A stretch of DNA of 64,000 bases from the NCBI GenBank assembly GCA_964016885.1, contig OZ024754.1:24924001-24988000 (forward strand), given 5' to 3'. The position numbers and the translations under genes were made by a program. Source of the stretch: Eledone cirrhosa (taxonomy: Eukaryota). Below the pieces are notes generated by a model. It was not told the origin of the DNA and did not search any database. It saw only the letters and a program-made list of their open reading frames with translations. Shown here one piece after another: positions 26,399 through 39,822 of the stretch (the stretch's first letter is position 1; the number at the start of each line of letters is the position of its first letter).

Positions 26399-27095
26399 CT
26401 AGCTGACGTACCCAGCTTCGCCCGGGTAAACAGATGATAAGAGAAGACAGGTAAAAGAGAAAATGACTGTATTGGATGTTTGTTTGGTTACAGTATGAGG
26501 TGAGTCCGTGGTGTCTGTGTGATACAACCTCTAACTGGATTACCTATAACGATAATTTGTTATCCCATATATATATATATATATATATATATATGGGATA
26601 ACAACGTAATCCTGGTATGTTTATATACATTTTTTCTTCTAACTTTAATTTTATACCTAATTGTGTATGGTTGACAATATATTTAATCTATTTCCGCGTG
26701 CTATTGAAATGGTGGGTAAATATTCTATAGCTGTTGATCGTGAATAGATGGCTGTCGTTTATTTATCTATTATTTCTTCATAGGTGAATTGGCAGTATCG
26801 GTAGAGGGTCGGACGCCATGCTTTGACGCATAGAGTTACGCCCCTTGCCATTCTGAGTTCAAATCCCGCCGAGGTTAACTTTGCCTTTCATCCTTACGGG
26901 GTCGATAAAATAAAGTACCAGTAATGCACTGGGTAATTGCTGGCCTTGTGCCAAAAGTAGAAACAATTATTTTTTCATAGGTGCCTTTTAATCTTATAGC
27001 CTGGTTTAATTGGTTTTTTGTGTGGTTGATTATGCTGATTGGGAGAGGAAATGGTGTATATATCTTATCAAATGATTCTATGGACACACTTTATA

Positions 27096-27102
<7 letters not shown>
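26399..27102 (-). mobile_element. Non-autonomous Helitron-like element with nested SINE
   Basis: Minus-strand 3' end CCCGGGCGAAGCTGGG hairpin ~8 nt before CTAG|T; probable degenerate 5' end (tatactataaagtgtgtcc) near 27100. Confidence 0.6.
26783..26967 (+). mobile_element. tRNA-derived SINE (family A)
   Basis: A box TGGCAGTATCGG, B box GAGTTCAAATCC, body TTTGCCTTTCATCCTTACGGGGTCGATAAAATAAAGTACC shared by several copies in the window. Confidence 0.9.
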
Positions 27103-27124
<22 letters not shown>

Positions 27125-27129
<5 letters not shown>

Positions 27130-27352
27130 ATAATAATAAATTGGAAGACTAAAATCCAAAGAGGGCTCGATAAGGATAAATATATATCAAATATATAAGA
27201 ACCGTAGAGCAAATATTTATTAAAATAACAGATTAAAGTTTAAGCAAAGAATCGCTGCTTTCACCCTTAACGGGATCTTCTGAAACAGAAGATCCCGTTA
27301 AGGGTGAAAGCAGCGATTCTTTGCTTAAACTTTAATCTGTTATTTTAATAAA

Positions 27353-27353
<1 letters not shown>
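27125..27353 (-). mobile_element. (TA)n-flanked foldback mini-element with variant hammerhead
   Basis: Perfect 68-bp arms 27215-27282/27286-27353; GUUU-CAGAAGA-UCCCguuaaGGGU-GAAA-GCA..UGC-UU-AAAC on minus; relatives at ~29968-30121 and ~30776-30915. Confidence 0.75.
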
Positions 27354-27414
<61 letters not shown>

Positions 27415-27711
27415 CACACACACACACGTGTTGATACATATAACATGGGCGGATCTGCAGTAGCAAGCATTTGTCGGCAAAATAATTAAAAGTCTAATAG
27501 CAAAGAACCGCCTGAAAATCTACGTTAACAAGGTGTAGCCATGTTGGCTTCCTCTTTCAACAGGTGTGGTTAATGCTGTAGATTCTCGCCAACATTATAG
27601 GAAGGAATGAAACTGTAATATTACCAGGAAGTAACTGGGAAGACAGAACACAGCAGGACATGGCAGCTTCACTAGCTTTTAAGGTTTTTTCTACAATACA
27701 GACGGTGAAGG

Positions 27712-27805
27712 CTATTGGATTCGCAATTGTAAGGTTGTGATTTCGATTACCGGAGCGGGTGATGCGTTATGTCCTTGAGCAAGACACTTTATTTCACGCT
27801 GTTCT
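27712..27805 (+). mobile_element. tRNA-derived SINE (family B, CORE-like box), partial
   Basis: TTCGATT B-box remnant then TGTCCTTGAGCAAGACACTTTATTTCAC. Confidence 0.75.
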
Positions 27806-28004
27806 TTCTGTCTGGATTTGTGAACGACAGATAGTATTAGCAATTGGAAAGACCAATGGAAACATTGTTTCCTCGGTCCAATTTGGCGAGTTCGACCCCA
27901 CTCGTTATGAGAATGAGGTCTGAGATCTTGTCGATCGACTGTCGACAGACGGTTATTAAAATAGCCATCTTTTCATATGATATTTTACCATCAGGGTTAT
28001 TATC

Positions 28005-28222
28005 GGTGAATTGACAGTAATCGGTAGAGCGTCGGACAACATGCTTCGCAGCATAGAGTTACCACCCTTTACATTCTGAGTTCAAATCTCGATGAGGTTA
28101 GCTTTGCCTTTCATCCTTACGGGGTCGACAAAATAAAGAACCAATCACGCACTGGTATCGATTTAATCGACTTCCCCTCACCCCGAATTGCTGGCCTTGT
28201 GCCTAAATCAGAAACCATTATT
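28005..28222 (+). mobile_element. SINE family A, full length
   Basis: A/B boxes, same body as 26783, (ATT)n tail. Confidence 0.9.
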
Positions 28223-28782
28223 ATTATTGGAGCAGATAAAATGCCGTAATATTTTACGGCATTTTGTTACCTGTGTGAGTATTTGTTGTTGTGTATGAGT
28301 GTGTGTATGATTGCATGTGTGAGAGTGTATGTGTGTGTGTATGTGTGTGTGTGTGTGTGTGTACATACATATATATATAATATACATAGATGAAGATTGG
28401 TTGACTTACGAAACATTCGGAAATAAAAAAATTTCAAATATAGTCACTACAATGCAGGTAACTATAATAATATGCTACGAATGTCCCTACCGGTGACCTT
28501 CGTGTTATGAGCTCCTGTGTATTGCGACAGCTGCTTATGAGTAGGCATGTGGTGAAGTAGTTCTGCTCGCGATCTTGCTTCAGTTTTTCATACTAAACAC
28601 ACACTTCCGTATACCCTATCAATAGAGAATATATCGTGTCATACATCTCCTAGGGCTTCTTGTAACAATTCATTTGAGGGTACATGGAAATCCCTGAATA
28701 CATCCCTCCGGCAAAGAAACACGCTCCTTTATACCACTGCTACGCTTCTATCTCTGATTGAATTTATCCCATATCTTAATAT

Positions 28783-28879
28783 AATTGTTTCTACTTTAGG
28801 CACAAGGCCAGCAATTACCCAGTGCATTACTGGTACTTTATTTTATCGACCCCGTAAGGATGAAAGGCAAAGTCAACCT
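28783..28879 (-). mobile_element. SINE family A, 3' part
   Basis: Reverse complement of 26873-26967. Confidence 0.85.
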
Positions 28880-29342
28880 GTAATGCTAGCAATGACGCCA
28901 TTGTGAAAATACACAGGTTTGTATTACTGTTACTAATAAATTTGTTTAGGTTGAGCAAATTTGTGTTTTCAGAATTCGGATTATGATTGTGTTTGCGTGT
29001 TTATCTGTTTGGTTGTTATTTTTGCTGTGTCTTATTTTGAATTTGGTTATTTCATCTATTTCTTGTGGCGATGCGTGCCTACTGATACTTCCGTCTAGTT
29101 AATATTTCTTACTATTCCTCTAGTAAAGGAAGCCATATTAAATAGATTGCAAAGACAAGAAAATCTTACGGAAAAAATTCTAACATTGTCTAAAAGACAA
29201 ACCTTTTGTGTAGCCCAGATGGACAAAAGTTTCCAAGTCCTTTGTTTGCAAAAATAATCGAAAAAAGATTCATTTTCATCCAGTAAAACGAGGAAACAAT
29301 CTGGTTTTCTTGGAGTTGCCTCTAGAGATATCAAAACCCAAA

Positions 29343-29445
<103 letters not shown>

Positions 29446-29555
29446 CTAATGAGATTACTTTTAAGAAGATCGTTGACGCCAGGTATATATATATTCTGAC
29501 ATGTAATACTCTTAGGACACACATAAATATACACACTTTCACAAACATACACATC

Positions 29556-29586
<31 letters not shown>

Positions 29587-29593
29587 CATATAT

Positions 29594-29631
<38 letters not shown>

Positions 29632-29785
29632 GATCCATGCTGCGTTGTTGAACGTTTCTATTACATATACCAATTAAGTCCCATACGAACTACAACAAAC
29701 ATAGTAGAGTTTATTAAACACACACTCATAAGTGTATATATATACACACACACGCACGCGTTTGTATATATATATATATATATGA

Positions 29786-29843
<58 letters not shown>

Positions 29844-29937
29844 ACTTCCACAATCAATAATCCCTCTGAAACGATCGTAGAACAATGCACTAATTAACTA
29901 CCTATCACTGACGTTTGTTTTATTTTCATTGTTCAAT

Positions 29938-29967
<30 letters not shown>

Positions 29968-29968
<1 letters not shown>

Positions 29969-30120
29969 GTAATAATAATAAAAGTGAAGACTAAAATCCA
30001 AAGAGGGCTCGATAAGGATAAATATATATATTAAAAAATATTAAAGAAACTTTTCAGAAGATCCCGTTAAGGATGAAAGCAGCGATTCTTTGCTTAAATT
30101 TTAATCTGTTATTTTAATAA

Positions 30121-30121
<1 letters not shown>
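29968..30121 (-). mobile_element. Deleted copy of the 27125 foldback family
   Basis: Same tail (gaagactaaaatccaaagagggctcgataagg) and one arm (cagaagatcccgttaaggatgaaagc), in (TA)n. Confidence 0.8.
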
Positions 30122-30150
<29 letters not shown>

Positions 30151-30154
<4 letters not shown>

Positions 30155-30272
30155 GAAAAAGTTTGTCCTTCATCAGTGGCCTTCCAACCGTCATAGGCAT
30201 TTCATCGCTTTAAAGCGATGAAATGCCTATGACGGTTGGAAGGCCACTGATGAAGGACAAACTTTTTCATAT
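30151..30272. repeat. Perfect loop-less 122-bp palindrome containing hammerhead boxes (GAAA, CTGATGA)
   Basis: Centre CTTT|AAAG at 30211/30212; single-arm relative at ~40491-40556. Confidence 0.9.
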
Positions 30273-30318
30273 GTAACCCATTTGCAACGCCGCAGCTCCA
30301 TTATTATCATATTTACAG

Positions 30319-30351
<33 letters not shown>

Positions 30352-30714
30352 CGACAAGCTTCTGCTGTAGACGGCTACAAAGCAGTGATCAAACTGAAGC
30401 TATAACAGAAGACATATGTCCAACCAAGTTGCCATACAGCGGGACTGAACCCAAGCCCAATTTCTTCCGAAGCAAATTTCTAAACTCACATATGTTTGTG
30501 TGGGTGTGCATATATGTATATAGTAACGCTATATACAGGGTATCCCCCCAAAATATATACATTTTTGGGGGACATATATACATACATATACATCACCACC
30601 ACCACCCCACCAACCCACTCTCAAAAGCGTGAACCTAATAAACTCTTATTTGTACTGCCTCTCTGTTTTTGTTCCCGTCTAAGTTTTAACTATATATATA
30701 TATATGTATATAAA

Positions 30715-30764
<50 letters not shown>

Positions 30765-30775
30765 TATGTGTATAT

Positions 30776-30915
30776 ATTTATTAAAATAACAGATTAAAGT
30801 TTAAGAAAAGAATCGCTGCTTTCACCCTTAATGGGATCTTCTTATATATTTGATATATATTTATCCTTATCGAACCCTCTTTGGATTTTAGTCTTCAAAT
30901 TTATTATTATTACTA
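30776..30915 (+). mobile_element. Deleted copy of the 27125 foldback family (inverted arm joined to tail)
   Basis: Arm tttattaaaataacag...gggatcttc fused to ttatatatttgatat...gtcttcaaatttatt. Confidence 0.8.
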
Positions 30916-30927
30916 TATATATTACGA

Positions 30928-31382
<455 letters not shown>

Positions 31383-31741
31383 CCGATATTATTTATGTTA
31401 ATAGTTTACCGTTATTTATATTATGCTGACGCCATACTCCTTTCTGGTTTGTAATTGAAATTTGATTTAAACAAAGAAGAAAATTCTCTCAGAAAATACC
31501 AAGAACTGTCTGAAGAACTTTCGTAACTTGATTCGCAATATATTAATATAACATTAATTGAGGTGTCAGGATATTTTGCCGTAATGGCGTCTGTCTGATA
31601 GTTGTTGAATTTCGGCGTGAATTTCATACGAGATTGTGTTTAGTTTATATAGAACGAGGAGAAACACTGTCCCGCTGAGCGGTTTTCTGCTTATATATAA
31701 GTTACCGCCAAAGTGAGAAAGGCGACATTGTATAGAATACT

Positions 31742-31955
31742 TTGTTCGATTCCCAGTGGCGCGCTGTGTCCTTGAGCAAGACACTTTATTTCACGTTGCT
31801 ACAGTCCACTCAGCTGGCAAAAATGAGTTGTGCCTGTAATTCGAAAGGCCAGTATTGTCACATTCTGTATCACGCTGAAACCCCTGAGCACTAGATTATG
31901 CGTATGCGTGTTTGTGGACAGCCGCTTCTACACGTTAATTTGACGAGCAAGCTGT
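31742..31955 (+). mobile_element. SINE family B
   Basis: GTTCGATTCCC then TGTGTCCTTGAGCAAGACACTTTATTTCAC. Confidence 0.8.
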
Positions 31956-32077
31956 AACTTCTAATAGAGTCGTAAAGGCGCCGTGTTGACATACGGCGTT
32001 TCTTGGGTATCTTGAAACCTGGCGGAGCCCATCCCTCTCCAGGCCTGAGTACAACAGATTTCTTTCAGAGAGAGGAA

Positions 32078-32240
32078 GAATCGACCCCAGTACTAGACTG
32101 GTACTCCTTTTTATCTACCCCGAAAGGATGAAAGGCAAAGTTGACCTCGACGGGATTTGAATTCAGAGAGCAGAGAGCCGGAACAAATACCATAAAATCA
32201 TTCTATCCGACGTTCGAACGACTCTGTCAATTCGCTGCCC
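32078..32240 (-). mobile_element. SINE family A
   Basis: Reverse complement with GGATGAAAGGCAAAGTTGACC and GGATTTGAA. Confidence 0.85.
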
Positions 32241-32269
32241 TATAAAGATCAGAATAAAAGGGTAAAGAC

Positions 32270-32540
32270 CCCCTTCGGTCACGAATAACTATGGGATTTG
32301 CACCTAGAAAGTCCCCCACCCCACATCCACCCTCGAGGCACAAGACTGTTCAAGGTATGTTTGTGGAAGACCAGCAGTCACACATGCATATCAGTCACTC
32401 ATCTCCACGCCACCGATGTTGTCCAAAGGAACAATATGAAATAAAGTGTCCTGCTCAAGAACACAACGCATCACTCTGTCTGAGAATCAAACTCACAACC
32501 TCCCGATTGCAAACTCAACGTTCTAAACACTAAGCCGTGG
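32270..32540 (-). mobile_element. SINE family B head plus adjacent repeat body
   Basis: gaaataaagtgtcctgctcaagaacacaacgc and tRNA-like head; related sequence at 43610-43725 and ~51915-52100. Confidence 0.7.
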
Positions 32541-34408
32541 CCGAAATAATATACACGTATTTATCTAATATCTTACTTGAAGTTTTCAGTATTCTGTATC
32601 GTGCCTAATATTATCTACAACAGCTGAGTTTTATAAAATACCGGTAAAATATATAGTGCGTGGGAGAGTGTATGTGTGAGTGTCTCAGTGTTTGTGTGAG
32701 TGAAAGTATGTGGGTGAGTGAGCGTGTGTGTGTAACAATTTAATAACTGGTGGTGTCTGTTTACGCTGCATAAACTAGCGGTTCAACAAACAGAGATTGA
32801 TAAGATATGTGCAGGACTTTAAAGTAAGTTCGGGTGTTGACATAATCGACTAAAACCTTTTGATCTTGTGCTCCAGCATGGTCACAGTCCACTGTAAAAT
32901 TCTGTACATACTTTCATTCCTCACAAAATTCTATTAATCGGATGACTTGCCTTTATTTATGTAAAAACACTTTAGTTTAGACTGAGAGCGAACGCCGTTC
33001 AGGTTCGTTTGAAATATTCATCGGAAAATCGAAATATAGAAATCGGTTTCGATTTCTTGATTGAGTTGTATTAATTGACTTATGTCACGGAATATCATAT
33101 TTCTCTACTTAATATCATATTCTCTACTTTATAAAACGGAATATCATATTTCTCTACTTTATAAAACGTTTACATATTTCTCTACTTTATAAAACGTTTA
33201 CATGTATTGATAAGAAACGACAACAATTATAAATAAACATATGTAAGAAAGTTCACTTAAGTGTGGTCGTGTAAATCCACACAAATGAAGGAGTTTATAT
33301 GTATATAGCTAAACAAATACGGGATTTTTACGTAGACAAGGCTACACACAATTTTATAGAAAAGTATAAAATCCTACTATGAACGATTATGAATTCAAGT
33401 AGAGCAATGACATAGCTGTATAAATATAAGTATTACATATCTTAAGTAATTCTGATAATATTAAGCTCTTAATATTAAAGATAAAACGCACGTAAATTAA
33501 TATAGTTAGCAGTGTTTGGCTTAGTATATACCCATCAGCTTCCAAAATTCATAGCTAAAAGGCTTTCAAATGTATACCGTATATCATTAGATATACAAAA
33601 TTCACATACTTATATGTATACAGCTATGCCGGAGCGAAAACTTTATATGTACGTTTATTGAATTTTGACCTCTTGCTTCGAAACAATTGTAAACTAATAA
33701 ACACTTCTTAATGAATTTTGGTTGAATTTCTCTAATTATAACTTTGATATATATTATATAATGTCAGTATTTATACTTTGAGCTTGTTAATTGCAGGGTA
33801 TCAATATGAGTTAGTAACTCTGTATTTTATTTGTATATATATATATATATATAAAGTTTTCGCTACGACGTAGCTGTATACATATAAGTATGTGAATACA
33901 TATATACATTAATATTAATCGGCACCAAATTAAACACACCAAGTCTAATATTATTGTTTGGGACAACAAATTAAAAATATGGTTTGTTGTAGAAGTCAGC
34001 TATTCAATTGATGTCAATGTAATAAAAAAAAAAATGCAAGAGAAGGAGGATGTCTACAGACAATTGATGAGAAGTTTGCAGATCCAATCCCCAAAATACA
34101 CGTTCAGTTTCATACCTAGTACCCACCTAGGCCAACGTATGACTGAACTTGCGTTTGTGAAGAAAGAACGTCGTTCCTTAATTCATAAGCTACAAATAGT
34201 CGGTCAAAATTTGTGAAACATTCTTACGATTCAAAAGATAAACGCTTACACAAATGACGACGACAATTTCCTTTCTATACAACTTTGCCACCGCGAAGGT
34301 GGCCGGTCAAAAGTAAACTCAAAATTCAGAGTTTACAGTATGTATGAATATATATCCTATAATTTCTTCATTATATTGTTTCGTTTGCTTTGTTATTTCT
34401 GTTTACTT

Positions 34409-34465
<57 letters not shown>

Positions 34466-34675
34466 CAACCCGCTTGGACCAAAGTATGACTGAACTTGGA
34501 TTTGCGGACAAAAAACGCAGCTCCCTAATTCATAGTCTACAAATGGCTGCGATAGCTGGCACCTTCAAAATTTGCAAAACATTCTTGCGATTCAAGGGAT
34601 GACAATTTCTTTTCTTTTACAACCTTGCCACCAGGAAGGTGGCCGGTCAAAAAAAATATACTCGAAATTAAGAGA

Positions 34676-34940
34676 CATACATACATACATACATACATAC
34701 ATACATACATACATACATACATACATACATACATACATACATACATACATACATACATACATACATACATACATACATACATACATACATACATACATAC
34801 ATACATACATACATACATACATACATACATACATACATACATACATACATACATACATACATACATACATACATACATACATACATACATACATACATAC
34901 ATACATACATACATACATACATACATACATACATACATAC
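34676..34940. repeat. Pure (CATA)n tetranucleotide tract
   Basis: Direct. Confidence 0.98.
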
Positions 34941-35936
34941 GGCATACATTAAGTTTAACGTTCGAGAAAATGAAAGTAAATTTTCTGACAAGTGAATGTG
35001 TTTGTTTTGTTTTTTTACAATGAAAGTTACGATACACTGTTTGTTTATTTACAACAGGTCTCTATAGTGATATGGTGTTAATTAGTATTGCGTGTGTGAT
35101 TATTTTTTCTTTTTCTTTTTTTGTGTATTGTGTGTACGGAAAATGACATTGTGTGTTGAAAGAAAGAAATTTTTTTTAAATAACTACATAGTTAGACGTT
35201 TGTTGCATATAACATATAAATTGACGTACCTTATCAACATCCTTATTAGACCATATAAATAGCTGAAATACAGTTGATCATCTCGCCAAACTTGTTGGCA
35301 CCAACTCTCTGCCGCCAAAGAAATTCAGCTAAATATGAGGGGAATAAATCGTCGCTTGTCCCATGTTGTCGACGAAGCTTTTTCTTCGCACGGCTCCAAG
35401 TGTTCTCTATGAGTTGTGTGTGCACATTAGGGTCTTCAGGATCGACAAAGTTCCGTTGATGCACAACATCATCATGGAGGTAAATGCCACCTTGAATTTC
35501 TTCAATATCAGAATAGGAAGCCCAACCATCGGACATGATGTGGCTTCCTGGCAAAATCCATTCCTGTATGATGGGGACAAGAGTCTCACGGCTTCGATCT
35601 GGGACTTCGATGAGGCAGCAGCGTCCAGAATAAGGATGTTGATTAGGTACGTCAATTTATATGTTATATGCAACAAACGTCTAACTATGTAGTTATTTTA
35701 AAAATTTTTATTTCTTTCAACACACAATGTCATTTTCCGTACACACAATACACAAAAAAAGAAAAAGAAAAAATAATCACACACGCAATACTAATTAACA
35801 CCATATCACTATAGAGACCTGTTGTAAATAAACAAACAGTGTATCGTAACTTTCATTGTAAAAAAAAAAAAAACAACACATTCACTTGTCAGAAAATTTA
35901 CTTTCATTTTCTCGAATGTTAAACTTAACGTATGCC
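34941..35936 (-). mobile_element. Merlin (IS1595/ISXO2-like) deletion-derivative transposon with ~305-bp TIRs
   Basis: Arms 34941-35246 and 35630-35936 are near-perfect inverted repeats starting GGCATAC; interior encodes a transposase C-terminus. Confidence 0.9.
35246..35622 (-). pseudogene. Merlin/ISXO2-like DDE transposase C-terminal fragment
   Basis: EVPDRSRETLVPIIQEWILPGSHIMSDGWASY...H..VVH..NFVDP...VHTQLIENTWSRAK...SYLAEFLWR motifs; N-terminus missing. Confidence 0.9.
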
Positions 35937-36122
35937 CATACATTTACACATATATATATATATATATAAAAAGTATATATTGAGTTAAAAACTCACTTGA
36001 TTGGAATGCATATATGTATATATCTGTGTTTGTCTCTCTTTATTTTATATATATATATATATATACATACATATCATATATATATACACACACACACATA
36101 TCATACACACACACACACATAC

Positions 36123-36177
<55 letters not shown>

Positions 36178-36837
36178 TATATAAATACACACACACATTC
36201 GTAACCCAGAAATACACATACATGTCACACACACGTTATGTATTTATGTATTGTATATATATATATATATGTATATAAAGCCATCAATGCATTTGTCATT
36301 AATATGTTGTCGAAAGGCCATATCGTGTATATAATGATTTATTACGTGTTAATGGGGACATTGTTAGTTATATGAAATTGCTATTGAAACTTCAGAAAAT
36401 CTCCAAGAAACTTATAATAAAACTATTGTCTATGTGATGATATGACGGCAATGTTTTCAAATGGTAGATATTGTCGGACAGATATGGCACGTATCTGGAC
36501 CTTCTGGCGATTTGTTGATAGCTTAATGTTCTTCACACTTGAAGTTATTGTTTCTTGTCTGTCAAAATCTTGGCTAATGAATTCATTTTCTATCTTCTAT
36601 CTATCCATTAACACTTAGTAAATTCACTAAATCTGGGAAATTATTATCAGAAGTATTATCAGTCAATAGTTTCAGAAACCGTGTGAATATTTCACGGCCC
36701 TTAACTTTTACTAGCCTATAAGTCGATGTTAGTCCACATGTGCAAGAGAGTCATCTGTTCCACGGTCCACACTTACTCTTTAAACTCCAAAATATTTAGT
36801 GTTCGATTAGCTAATATTACCATATATTTTCTACATA

Positions 36838-37024
36838 TACAGTTATGGCCATATATTACCATATATTTTCTACATATACAGTTATGGCTTAAACTACAGT
36901 TATGACCCAAACTATAGTTATGACCTAAACTACAGTTATGACCTAAACTATAGTTATGACCTAAACTACAGTTATGGCTTAAACTACAGTTATGACCCAA
37001 ACTATAGTTATGACCTAAACTATA
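36838..37024. repeat. 18-bp minisatellite AGTTATGACCTAAACTAY
   Basis: About 8 tandem copies. Confidence 0.95.
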
Positions 37025-37654
37025 ATTAACATTTTTTTTACACAAATACTGCAAATTATCATAAAAATATGTTCACCAGAAAAGATACTATAAAGATTTG
37101 AATTAACAAAGGTGTCTTTATATATAAGTTTGATAACTTTGATAGGTTTCGGCCAGTATTGGCTCAGGCCATGTCTAACTTAATAGCACCATTTTTTTTT
37201 TCTGCTAAATCATTACAGGATGTTCAAAGTTAATTTCTTTTTTCTCCAGCGTTTGCTTCTCTTTCGTGGCGCTAGTATCGTTTCAAAGAATATTCTAGAG
37301 TTATTAAAATTGAGAACCGCACAGTTGACGGCATTGATCAACACATAAAAATAAAATATATGTAAACCATCGACCAACACGAACAGACGCCGAACGTAAC
37401 AACCAACCGAATACCAGCTGCTGAGACTCACTCATATCTGAAATTAATTTTAGTAGTAGTAGTAGTAGTAGGTTTCTTTGATATGGTACACGTGCCTAGA
37501 GTTTTAGGAGAGAGTTGATGGGAGTGTGATATCCATTCTGGCCAAAAGTCACCCATCAACCCACCACCAGGCTACTTAGGAGATGCGAGCTCAAAGACTT
37601 AGACACGTCAATCCTGTGTGTCCACTGTGGACGAAGTGATAACTACCTCTTTTT

Positions 37655-37760
37655 CTTCGCCCACTTATTCCTGAGAGGGTCGTGGGGCAGAGTCCTCAAA
37701 CACTCCCTCCAGTGGGTCCTGACAGAAGCAACCGTCTCGGCGGAGCTGTTCTGCTAGAGA
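37655..37760 (-). mobile_element. RTE-like LINE 3' end
   Basis: Reverse complement of 51410-51490 (caggaataagtgggcgaagaa). Confidence 0.7.
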
Positions 37761-37914
37761 ACGGGTCACAGGTGGCGGATAGCGATACGGCCACCGGATA
37801 TGATGGTCAGTTGCGACATAAGCGAGCAACTGCCGTACGAATAAGCAGCCCCGGACCAACAGAGGTAAACTACTAGGAGAAATGGAGCAATAGGTGACAC
37901 CTGCGGCTCCCAAG

Positions 37915-38295
37915 AGAAGTAGTTCCACAACAGTTAGTTCACCATATCGAGAACAATTGATTCACCTTATTCGGATCATCAGCTCGGTCTAAATGAAGTT
38001 GTACGGAAAAGGAAAAACAACTGTACGAATACGCATGTTCAGAAACAGTCACTTCTCCTGGGGGAGGTAAACCCACAAGAGATCAGGAGAAGTGACTTTA
38101 TGCACATGCGTATTCGTACAGTTGTTTTTCCTTTTCCGTACAACTTCATTTAGACGAAGCTGATGATCCAAATAAGGTGAAACAATTGTTCTCGGTATGG
38201 TGAACTAACTGTTGTAGAACTACTTCTACCAAACTCGTCCCATGGACTGAGTGCTCTACCACTACGGATATTACCTTCCAGTGTTCTACTATTAT
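37915..38295 (+). mobile_element. Foldback mini-element with hammerhead, conserved hairpin and tail into (TA)n
   Basis: Inverted arms ~37915-38059/38083-38227; hairpin ACUC-GUCC-cau-GGAC-U-GAGUGCUC 38233-38256. Confidence 0.75.
38155..38196 (+). ncRNA. Minimal hammerhead ribozyme with palindromic stem III
   Basis: CUGAUGA-UCCaaauaaGGU-GAAA-CAAUUG-UU-CUCGGU; the mirror arm retains ACCGAG, the perfect stem I partner. Confidence 0.7.
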
Positions 38296-38699
38296 ATATA
38301 TATATATATATATATACATACATACATACATACAAACATACACACACGAATATGTCGGTATTTTTGTCGCTGTGTCTGCACACACGAATTCATAAACACG
38401 TTAGGATAGCCCCCAGCACGTTTATTTTTCAGAGCGGGTATCTTTCCTCTGCCTGATGGCTCTGATGAAAGAAATTGTATAGTGGGCAACATTGAGAGAA
38501 CGGCAGGATTGTACTTTTTTCTTCTCTACGACCAAGCCCACCTCTTTGGGCAAGCTCGCTTTTCCAGGTCTAAGTACAGCCGAATTCTTCCAGAGAAAGA
38601 GAAGGGGATGGAGAAGGGAAGTAAGAAAGAGATATGTTTCTTTTATTTGCCACAAGGGCATCAAAAGTGGGACAAGTACAATGGGGGGAGTTTACAAAA

Positions 38700-39660
38700 C
38701 AAGGCGTCCTCAATAGGGAGGAGGCAATAACAATATATAAAAATAAAATAAAATATAACAAAAAATAGAATTATAACAAAATCCTCAATAGAAGATTTTG
38801 TTATAAAATATAACAAAAAATAAAATTTATAACAAAATCCTCAATAGAGAGGAGGCGCCTTGGGGGGTCGCACACACCCCCGAAAAAGTGTGCAACCTCA
38901 GGAGCACAGAGAAGGGGTGCTCCCTTGGTCTTTCATCTTCCTCACCTATAGTCTGATGTAGAGTGAAGGCCCATTCACACGGGCCATTCTCGCCACTTTC
39001 ACCCACCTTTCATAAAAACGACTGGGGTGCAGCACCTCTCTCTCCATCCTGATCCTTCTTCCGAAATGATATCGGAAGAAACGGACCAGTTGTTGGCCAG
39101 AGAGAAAGGTGCCTGACCTCAGTCCTTTCAGACGCGTCCACCATACAACCTCTTTCGCCATGGCTATTACGCACAGAAACACCGCCTCTGCTTCATCTTT
39201 GAAGGGGGGAGGCGGCTTGATCATTACAATAGACTCGGTGGTCAACCGGATCGGTCCCACCCTTGACAGCAGTTGTTCGACATAGCCCCACAGATCGGCT
39301 ACGCCCGAGCAGTGTACCAATGCGTGTGCAACGGTTTCCTCGTCGCACACGCATCTGGGACAGATCTTTTTGGCGGGGTCCCTACCCGGGCGCCCGTGTC
39401 TGTAGAGCCTTTCTCGAACGGGTAAAGCTCCTCGGTAGCACTGCCAGGCCAGGGACTTCTGGAAGTTGTCCATAGGTCCCGGGCTGAATGTCCTACCGAA
39501 CAGGCTGGCCAGTTCGTCCTCCTCCATGTCTAGGGCTTCTCCGAGGGCGTCGTCGCACCTGCTGCGTACCAGCCCTCCATAGAATGTTGCGGTGGAGTCT
39601 CCACTGATAACCGGATCCGCCTGCCAGAGGGCGGTGAGCGCCTGGGCACACTCAGTGTGA
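38700..39660 (-). mobile_element. 5'-truncated Tx1/L1-clade LINE: ORF2 C-terminus (38946-39660) plus T-rich 3' UTR
   Basis: zf-RVT-type motif LAWQCYRGALPVRERLYRHG...CPRC..DEETVAHALVHC..VADLW. Confidence 0.9.
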
Positions 39661-39667
39661 AGAATCA

Positions 39668-39822
39668 ATCCCAGCACTAGATTGTTACTTTATTTATTGA
39701 TCTCAGAAGAATGAAAGGCAAAAATGACCTTGGTAGGATTTGAACTCAGAAGGTAGTGAACCGAAACGAATACCGGAAAGCATTCTGCCTCACGTACTAA
39801 CCACTCTACCAATATGCCGCCC
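39668..39822 (-). mobile_element. SINE family A
   Basis: aatgaaaggcaaaaatgacc..ggatttgaactcaga on plus strand. Confidence 0.85.

Noticed and set aside
26556-26602. GTTATCCC-(AT)n-GGGATAAC palindrome as another foldback cassette
   Set aside because: Only ~9 unique bp per arm, no ribozyme or hairpin motif
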